Origin: a virus
Length of the DNA: 64,000 nt
IMG/VR virus record: IMGVR_UViG_3300000216_000003
Coordinates: 1 to 64,000 of that record
Strand: one strand, 5' to 3'
Shown here one piece after another: positions 55,319 through 61,881 of the stretch (within the stretch, counting starts at the first letter, position 1; every line of letters begins with the position of its first letter). The translations under genes and the position numbers were made by a program. Under the pieces are notes generated by a model that saw only the letters and a list, made by a program, of their open reading frames with translations, was not told the origin of the DNA and did no database searches.

Positions 55319-55563
55319 TAAGACTCCATTAGTTTTACGTAGTTGATTAGTTCTTGAGATGGGTCTTCGAACCAGGTGAAGAAAGAACCCTTATCCCATA
55401 TATCATTATCGAAATTATTAATTTTATATTGGTATATATTTATGGCATTTTCGAATGTTGGATTATTGTGGAATATTAAAAACACTTCTTTCCAATCATC
55501 ATGTTTCCATACATCTTCATCAACATCTATTAAATCGCAAAGTACTTCTTTTGATAATTGCAT
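55318..55563 (-). CDS. Small protein, family H2
   Basis: Start MQLSKE at 55563; ends PSQELINYVKLMES. Confidence 0.75.
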   Translation of the reverse strand: MQLSKEVLCDLIDVDEDVWKHDDWKEVFLIFHNNPTFENAINIYQYKINNFDNDIWDKGSFFTWFEDPSQELINYVKLMES

Positions 55564-55619
55564 TAGGAATCCATTAGTTTTACGTAGTTGATTAGTTCTT
55601 GAGATGGGTCTTCGAACCA
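55325..55619. repeat. Exact 50-bp direct repeat (55325-55374 = 55570-55619)
   Basis: TCCATTAGTTTTACGTAGTTGATTAGTTCTTGAGATGGGTCTTCGAACCA occurs twice; encodes the C-termini of adjacent paralogues. Confidence 0.9.
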
Positions 55620-55802
55620 AGAGAGGAAGCCGATTGAAGTCCATGCGTTATTCTCAAAATGTTTCGATTTTAAATGATATATATTTATAGCATTTTCAAG
55701 TGTAGGCTCTTTCATAAATAATATAAAACTATTTTTCCATTCTGGATCAGTTTTCCAATAGCTATGCATTACTGTATTTTCTGTATCATGAGTTAGTTTC
55801 AT
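55563..55802 (-). CDS. Small protein, family H2
   Basis: Ends PSQELINYVKLMDS. Confidence 0.75.
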   Translation of the reverse strand: MKLTHDTENTVMHSYWKTDPEWKNSFILFMKEPTLENAINIYHLKSKHFENNAWTSIGFLSWFEDPSQELINYVKLMDS

Positions 55803-55955
55803 TATATTTTTCCTTCGTTAATTTATTTAGCTGTAAAAATACATTTTCGCTATATTTTATCAAAGATGAAGAAAATATAAACGAAGATACATCAAACACG
55901 TCGTTGAGCCTCCCACGGCAAATGAAAAGATTAAATTTAAAACCCTTTCATTAAA

Positions 55956-55983
55956 ATAATATCTATATATTAGTTTTGAAAAC
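55956..55983 (-). promoter_or_regulatory. Phage promoter GTTTTCA-N9-TATAGATATTAT heading the leftward block
   Basis: Motif copy. Confidence 0.72.
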
Positions 55984-56545
55984 TTGGAAGCGGCCAGGGG
56001 ATTCCTCTCTTCCTTTATTTTTTATGTATATTCAATAAAAAATCATAAATTTTAATGTAATTATACATAATTTTTATAAATCTAACTATTAACTTAAAAA
56101 AACAGAGTTTCAGCGCGACGGCGAAACCCTAACAAAAGCTGTTAAGTTTTTAACTATATCAAATACTGAGTTAGACCTCCCACTTAAAAAATTTTTAGAA
56201 AAAAATGCCCCGTAAAACTATTCTAACTTCTATTAAGTAGTTTCACTTCTGAGACCAGAGTGCTACTTTTACTTAGCTCCTTAGAATAGGAAGAGTTAAG
56301 ACAACTCACTTTGAATTATCTTAAGTACAAGTTTATTATTTCTATTAATTCTTAGTATTTTATTTTTTAATTTAATTAACTTATTGTCTTAGTTTACTTT
56401 AAAATCTTTAAGAAAGATATAATGAGTAATAGATACTATCTAGTTCAATTTCTTTTGGTTATGGAATATTATATATATATATTCTTGGTTCTTCACACTT
56501 TGACCTAATAAGTCCTTATTTTTACTGTATTTTTTAAAACTTATA

Positions 56546-56557
56546 TATAGATATTAT
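56546..56557 (+). promoter_or_regulatory. Phage promoter core TATAGATATTAT
   Basis: Upstream of the AP2-like gene. Confidence 0.65.
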
Positions 56558-56615
56558 AAAGTAAAGAATAGGGTTATTTTTCAGACTTAACTTAAATACA
56601 GGGAGTATACTCAAA

Positions 56616-57113
56616 ATGAATACTGAAGATCAGCATATGCGCGGAGTTAATGAAGTGGTAATTAATAAGGTTCCTTATATATCGGTTACTTATGGGAGAC
56701 GAGGAAACGATAATTATAGAAACCATCGTATACCTCTTGATGGAAGGTATGATAAAAAAGATGCATTCAAGATAGGGAAATTCTTGCGAATGGATATATC
56801 ATTTGGAAATCCAGATGCAACTGTTGAAAGTACTATAAGAAACCATAAAGAATTATCACATCTAGAATATAGTGGATTAGATTCTACAAATACTAGTGGG
56901 ATTGCTGGGGTTTTTTTTACTAAAAATAACAATAGCTGGCGAGCTTATTTTGGAACACCTAGTACATCTACTCATAAAAGCGCATCTTTTTCTATTAAAA
57001 AATTCGGGAATGATAAAGCCAAACGAAAGGCAATTACTCTAAGAAAATTATGGGAAGGTGGCTCTAATATTACCCGCAAAGAATTTCTAAAGATGATCTC
57101 CGGCGTTTGTTAA
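56616..57113 (+). CDS. AP2-like DNA-binding domain protein
   Basis: NTSGIAGV..WRAYF..SFSIKKFG..AKRKAITLRK; no HNH motif seen. Confidence 0.7.
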   Translation: MNTEDQHMRGVNEVVINKVPYISVTYGRRGNDNYRNHRIPLDGRYDKKDAFKIGKFLRMDISFGNPDATVESTIRNHKELSHLEYSGLDSTNTSGIAGVFFTKNNNSWRAYFGTPSTSTHKSASFSIKKFGNDKAKRKAITLRKLWEGGSNITRKEFLKMISGVC

Positions 57114-57123
57114 TCTTTTCAAC

Positions 57124-57157
57124 TGCTCCTAGGACTTTCCTAGGGGCTTTTATTTTT
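57124..57157 (+). terminator. Intrinsic terminator
   Basis: GCTCCTAGGA-ctt-TCCTAGGGGC-TTTT. Confidence 0.75.
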
Positions 57158-57220
57158 GGACCAAAGATATATAGATATAATATATTGAAAATAAATTTTT
57201 AAGAATTATAGGAATTTAAT

Positions 57221-57484
57221 ATGTGGATTGATGAGAATGATTTAAGAGTATTACATGTATATGATCTCGATCTATTTGAACTTGGTCGATTACCGTCTGA
57301 TAAACAAATACAAAATAATCCAGATGTTGTGTCAATGGAAGACTGCATAGAACTTTTAAACTATGTCGAAGTTGATGAAGATGAAGCATTAGAATTAATC
57401 CGCAAGTGGAAGTTCACAATTAAATATATTGAGGAACCGACAATTGCAGTTACTAATTATCATACTCTATTATGGGAAGTTTAA
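57221..57484 (+). CDS. Small protein with the family H tail
   Basis: Promoter 57170-57181; ends PTIAVTNYHTLLWEV. Confidence 0.72.
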   Translation: MWIDENDLRVLHVYDLDLFELGRLPSDKQIQNNPDVVSMEDCIELLNYVEVDEDEALELIRKWKFTIKYIEEPTIAVTNYHTLLWEV

Positions 57485-58027
57485 ATGATTTCAACTCAAG
57501 ATGCTAGTGGTATCCATTTTACATTTGATAATAAATTTATATTAAGTATTCAATATGGATATGGTAATTATTGTGAGAATAGAAGTGTTGATCAGACATT
57601 AGATAAGCCAGTTGATTATTTATCTTTAAATCACAAACCACATAAATCAATAAATGCTGAAATTGCTATATTGCATCAAGATAAAGATATTAAATTCTAT
57701 GAAAATAACGATATGATGACATTTGGCAGAGTTGCTAATGGATTAGATGATGAAGTAGCCGGATGGATCCCTACAGAGAAGATTATGGATGTAATGGAAT
57801 GGGTAAGACGATTACCAACTACATATAGACATACTTGTGATATATTAGACTTTCCAATTAAAGGTAGAATAGTAGAAGATGACTATCGGAATATTCTCTG
57901 GTACCCAAAACCATGGAATAATGAGTTAATATTTAAGGCTATTACTCAATCTGAGGATGCTATTCATTATATTGAATCACCATCTATAGATATTCAAAAT
58001 TATTATAAATTAAAATGGATAGTATAA
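57485..58027 (+). CDS. Phage hypothetical domain fused to the family H tail
   Basis: FDNKFILSIQYG..NYC..AEIA..VAGW; ends PSIDIQNYYKLKWIV. Confidence 0.75.
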   Translation: MISTQDASGIHFTFDNKFILSIQYGYGNYCENRSVDQTLDKPVDYLSLNHKPHKSINAEIAILHQDKDIKFYENNDMMTFGRVANGLDDEVAGWIPTEKIMDVMEWVRRLPTTYRHTCDILDFPIKGRIVEDDYRNILWYPKPWNNELIFKAITQSEDAIHYIESPSIDIQNYYKLKWIV

Positions 58028-58233
58028 TGCATGTTAATAAAGTAGTATTAAATATTGCAAGAACTAAATTTAATATAGATAGTAAACTTAAACATTTAGT
58101 ACTTAATTTTAATGATAATCCAACTGAAGAGAATGCTTATGAATTTTGTCGCCATTATGAAATCACAATACCGTTATTTATTAAGAACCCTACGGATAAT
58201 GTTCGGAATTATCACAAACTCTTCTGGTCCTAA
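58027..58233 (+). CDS. Small protein, family H
   Basis: PTEENAYEFCR; ends PTDNVRNYHKLFWS. Confidence 0.75.
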   Translation: MHVNKVVLNIARTKFNIDSKLKHLVLNFNDNPTEENAYEFCRHYEITIPLFIKNPTDNVRNYHKLFWS

Positions 58234-58237
58234 ACAA

Positions 58238-58477
58238 ATGACAGTTAGTCGATTGGTCTATCGTATGATGATTGAAAATAAACATGCTCCAAATGACCCT
58301 GGGACTATTTATTGGTCAACAAACGTTCCAGTTTCTAATACTGAAGTATTGAATATATTAGCATCTGATAGAGGCCTAATGCAAAGTACTTTAATGAGTT
58401 ATCTAAATAATCCAACTCCAGAAGTAACTAAGTTTTGGGAACGTGAACAATTATATAGGAAACTAAAAGAAGTATGA
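58238..58477 (+). CDS. Small protein with an H-like tail
   Basis: Start MTVSRL at 58238; ends NPTPEV..LYRKLKEV. Confidence 0.65.
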   Translation: MTVSRLVYRMMIENKHAPNDPGTIYWSTNVPVSNTEVLNILASDRGLMQSTLMSYLNNPTPEVTKFWEREQLYRKLKEV

Positions 58478-60090
58478 TGGATTTACCAGTACGATATATT
58501 CCAATAAATTATCAAACTTTTAGAGCAGTTATTAAGATAACCGTTAAACCAATGGTAAATACTCTACGGATCGAGTATAGTTATCATGACCTCAAACAGC
58601 CACAACTAATACAAACTGTGGAGAAAGCTTTTCTAGAGGACCCCTCTGCTAATAATATATTTAATACTCTACCACTAGAAATGTTATTTAAACATGACAT
58701 CTCTGTGGCTCAAGCAGCATCTCTGGTTTTTTATCTTGAGAATAAATTAAAAGATCCGAAAGATTTTATCCCGATTGACTTACCAAATTTAAAATTATAT
58801 CTACAAAAGTCTCAAATCTATTTAATATATACATTTATTAAATCCGTATCTGAACAATATGAAATAATATTATCTAATTTAAAAAATGAAGGAAATAATA
58901 AAAAGAATGAAGATACTAAAGAGGAGGAAGTAAGTAATGCTAGCAGATCTACTACTTCCGGCGATGTTCGTAACGATGTTCCTGTTGTTCCTAGTAGAGT
59001 TGATAAATCACTGTTGCCCGAGAAGAACGGAGAAATAACAGATATTTTAGAAGAGGCTTTTTCCCTTTCTCCTAATAAAATTGTTAATTTCTACTTAACT
59101 AAGCAAATCATTAATAATAGTCACAGCTGTATCATAGAAGAGAACGGGAATAATATCACCATTGGGATAATCCCCCTTATAGATGTTGAACTTTATAGTT
59201 ATTCTCTATCTAATGTTAGTGATTTGAATAATGTTATTAATTCTTTTGATATTAATCAAGATGATATTATTATTAAGATTAAAACAGCATGTCAACATTT
59301 AAATTATATAATTAATGAACGGCAAAATGTGAAACCATTATTGTTAACGGCGGCATTACAAGTGGTTTCATTCTTAATCTATCTTTACCGTATTAAATTG
59401 CCAAATACTAAATCGGATAACTTCGAGAACATTATTAATGGTTCAATTCAAAGAATTATGATTAATGTATTCAAAAGTCAGACTTCAATCCTCTTTAAGT
59501 TTAAAGATTATTTGGAATTAGATTATGATGAAGAAATTAAGACTATTAATTCATCAGTTGAGAAATACAATTATCTATTAAAAATTGATAAAGATGAATT
59601 TATCGATAGTGTACTGGCGGATGTTAAAACATCTAAAACAACTGAAGAAGAATTAGAATTACCCTTGATTAATACACCTACTGTGATTGATATTACTAAG
59701 TATTTTGGTACTACTATTGATTGGAAAAATGATAAACGTCTTTTGGCATATGAAGTTATTGAAAATCCTAGACACAAAGTCATTAGTCAGTCATATAATC
59801 AATTACTAAAAATTAGCCAAAGTGGTACGAATCTTGCGATAAAAAATATGAATTTGATTGTCTCGAAATATTATGATATAATTACAACTAAGATATTTAA
59901 AGAAATTGACAATAATCAAGAACTAGTAAAGACTAATGTTAGTACATTATTATTAATGAAAAAGTTTATTATTCCATTTGTAAGTAAAAGTACAAGTACA
60001 TATACCCTCCTATTTTTATTATATCAAGTAGTAATACCACATATTCATAATATGCATGGACAAACTCAGTTCATAGATGTATTTCACTAA
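58474..60090 (+). CDS. Large hypothetical protein
   Basis: 538-aa ORF; no recognised motif. Confidence 0.7.
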   Translation: MMDLPVRYIPINYQTFRAVIKITVKPMVNTLRIEYSYHDLKQPQLIQTVEKAFLEDPSANNIFNTLPLEMLFKHDISVAQAASLVFYLENKLKDPKDFIPIDLPNLKLYLQKSQIYLIYTFIKSVSEQYEIILSNLKNEGNNKKNEDTKEEEVSNASRSTTSGDVRNDVPVVPSRVDKSLLPEKNGEITDILEEAFSLSPNKIVNFYLTKQIINNSHSCIIEENGNNITIGIIPLIDVELYSYSLSNVSDLNNVINSFDINQDDIIIKIKTACQHLNYIINERQNVKPLLLTAALQVVSFLIYLYRIKLPNTKSDNFENIINGSIQRIMINVFKSQTSILFKFKDYLELDYDEEIKTINSSVEKYNYLLKIDKDEFIDSVLADVKTSKTTEEELELPLINTPTVIDITKYFGTTIDWKNDKRLLAYEVIENPRHKVISQSYNQLLKISQSGTNLAIKNMNLIVSKYYDIITTKIFKEIDNNQELVKTNVSTLLLMKKFIIPFVSKSTSTYTLLFLLYQVVIPHIHNMHGQTQFIDVFH

Positions 60091-60274
60091 TGAGGTTATA
60101 ATGATTGAAGAACTAAGACTTGAAATCGAAGGATTTCACAATGAACATAATATAGAAGCAGTAGCAGATAAAATTAATGAAATAATTCAATATTTAAATG
60201 CATTAGAAGAACAATTTGGTAATATGGCAGATGTGCTTGCTGAAATACCAAAAGATGCTGAGGACTGGGATTGA
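60077..60274 (+). CDS. Small acidic protein
   Basis: DKINEIIQYLN. Confidence 0.6.
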   Translation: MYFTNEVIMIEELRLEIEGFHNEHNIEAVADKINEIIQYLNALEEQFGNMADVLAEIPKDAEDWD

Positions 60275-60277
60275 GTA

Positions 60278-60394
60278 ATGCTATATTCAATATTTAAATA
60301 TATGATAATTGTATTCTCACTTATCATATTTCTGACTGTGGGATCTGCTAGTCTTATACAGGTCATATATGTATTAATACAAACGTTATCATAA
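60278..60394 (+). CDS. Small membrane peptide (38 aa)
   Basis: Manual: MLYSIFKYMIIVFSLIIFLTVGSASLIQVIYVLIQTLS*. Confidence 0.45.
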   Translation: MLYSIFKYMIIVFSLIIFLTVGSASLIQVIYVLIQTLS

Positions 60395-60409
60395 ATAAGG
60401 TATTTACTA

Positions 60410-60748
60410 ATGATTAAAGCATGTAAAAATTGTAGATGGGCTGGTAAGAAGCAGTTATTTATTATGAAATATCGAACTATGATATGTAAAAATATAAAGA
60501 ATGTCGGTTGGCGTGTAGAACCGCAAAATGAGACGGATTATACTACAGGAACGACTAAATATAATAATGGAGAATATATGACATGTAATGTTGCTAGACT
60601 AGAACATCAGTCTTGTGGTAAAGAAGGTAAACATTTTGAGGCATATGATTCTATCATTAGTAAGATTAAATCATATGGGGGCACATTTATTATAATAGAA
60701 ATTATAATATTAATAGAAGCCATATTTGTATTGAATATGTTTTTATAA
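60410..60748 (+). CDS. Cys-containing protein with a C-terminal TM helix
   Basis: CKNC..C..C..AR..CGKEGKHFE. Confidence 0.7.
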   Translation: MIKACKNCRWAGKKQLFIMKYRTMICKNIKNVGWRVEPQNETDYTTGTTKYNNGEYMTCNVARLEHQSCGKEGKHFEAYDSIISKIKSYGGTFIIIEIIILIEAIFVLNMFL

Positions 60749-60759
60749 GGAATAAAATA

Positions 60760-61011
60760 ATGGCAGTATCGAAGATGATTATCTGTAAAGTATGTAAAAA
60801 AGAAAAGTATGTTACCTATTCACTTGGATATTGTGGTCTAGATCCATCTACTTGTAATGAATGCGAGAAACTAGCAAAGGCAAAAGAGAAATCTCAATAT
60901 TTATTGGCATTGGCTAATAAACCAATTATAGAAAGGCTAGCTGCGATTGAAGAATGGATGTATAAAGAAGATCGCAAACCAAAATACGATAATGAACGAA
61001 TATTATATTAA
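60760..61011 (+). CDS. Zn-ribbon hypothetical protein
   Basis: CKVC..CNEC..ERLAAIEEWMY. Confidence 0.7.
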   Translation: MAVSKMIICKVCKKEKYVTYSLGYCGLDPSTCNECEKLAKAKEKSQYLLALANKPIIERLAAIEEWMYKEDRKPKYDNERILY

Positions 61012-61018
61012 AATTTAA

Positions 61019-61046
61019 GTTTTCATCAATCTTATATAGATATAAT
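61019..61046 (+). promoter_or_regulatory. Phage promoter GTTTTCA-N9-TATAGATATAAT
   Basis: Motif copy. Confidence 0.72.
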
Positions 61047-61096
61047 CAATTGTAGTAATAAGAATCCTTATTAAAAATAAATTAAGGACTAAATAA

Positions 61097-61147
61097 TTGA
61101 TTCAAGCATCAACTGAAGGATCAGGCGGCTGGGTTGGGGCTGACTGA
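61097..61147 (+). CDS. Candidate 16-aa micropeptide MIQASTEGSGGWVGAD
   Basis: SD AAGGA 8 nt before TTG; own promoter and hairpin 61158-61189. Confidence 0.4.
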   Translation: MIQASTEGSGGWVGAD

Positions 61148-61157
61148 TATATTAAAG

Positions 61158-61195
61158 ATTGGACGATATTCGAAAGAGTGTCGTCCAATTTATTA
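61158..61195 (+). terminator. GAAA-tetraloop hairpin/terminator
   Basis: ATTGGACGATATTC-GAAA-GAGTGTCGTCCAAT-TTATT. Confidence 0.7.
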
Positions 61196-61225
61196 TATTT
61201 GTTCATAGAAAAAGTCCACAACTAC

Positions 61226-61254
61226 GTTTTGAAATATGTTCCTATAGATATAAT
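61226..61254 (+). promoter_or_regulatory. Phage promoter heading the RNAP operon
   Basis: CACGTTTT-like element plus TATAGATATAAT at 61243-61254; leader hairpin about 61296-61335. Confidence 0.7.
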
Positions 61255-61367
61255 ATATTGAAAGGTAATTTTTTTGTTATTTACATTTATATTTTTATAG
61301 GAAGAACTTAGGGCTCCTCCCAGTTCTTTCCTATAATTTTTCAACTTTACATAAAAGGATAATTAAT

Positions 61368-61679
61368 ATGGATATTGATACTCGTTTAATACTTGATTTT
61401 AGTCCTGGTACTAAAATTAACGTTATATCTGCTACTAATGGACAAAAAAGTGTACATGCTCTCACAAGTAAAGAACTATTACTAACTAGAGCTCACTTAT
61501 ATGAAATTCCCATCACTAATAAAGAACTTAATTATAAAGATTATCATGTAATTAAAGTAGAAGGTGATATTTCCGAAAGAATACACATTTTAAATGTTAG
61601 AGATGGTATGATTGTTATAGAAGCGATTGTTCATCTTGCCAAACTTAAAGATCAAATGGTTATTGGAAAAGTAATTTAA
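61368..61679 (+). CDS. Hypothetical protein
   Basis: SD AAGGA; ORF. Confidence 0.65.
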   Translation: MDIDTRLILDFSPGTKINVISATNGQKSVHALTSKELLLTRAHLYEIPITNKELNYKDYHVIKVEGDISERIHILNVRDGMIVIEAIVHLAKLKDQMVIGKVI

Positions 61680-61695
61680 TTATTAGGATTTCGTA

Positions 61696-61881
61696 ATGAA
61701 ACTGAACGTAACAAAAAAAGAATTAAAATTTTTAGATGTTACAGATACTATTATTATAGAAACTAGAGATAAAAAATTATTGAAAATAAAGCCTATTGGA
61801 AAAGGGTTTAATATTAGTATCGATGATATTATATACGATGTGAGTGATGGAACCATTAAAAAAATAGGGACTAATGATTAA
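61696..61881 (+). CDS. Hypothetical protein
   Basis: Overlaps the RNAP start. Confidence 0.6.
   Translation: MKLNVTKKELKFLDVTDTIIIETRDKKLLKIKPIGKGFNISIDDIIYDVSDGTIKKIGTND

Noticed and set aside
55325-55619. 50-bp direct repeat as a CRISPR array or DGR template/variable pair
   Set aside because: Only two copies, both in-frame coding. No adenine-specific mismatches, and no cas or reverse transcriptase gene in the window.
56616-57113. HNH-AP2 homing endonuclease or other mobile element
   Set aside because: An AP2-like segment is present but no HNH catalytic motif or intron context is visible.
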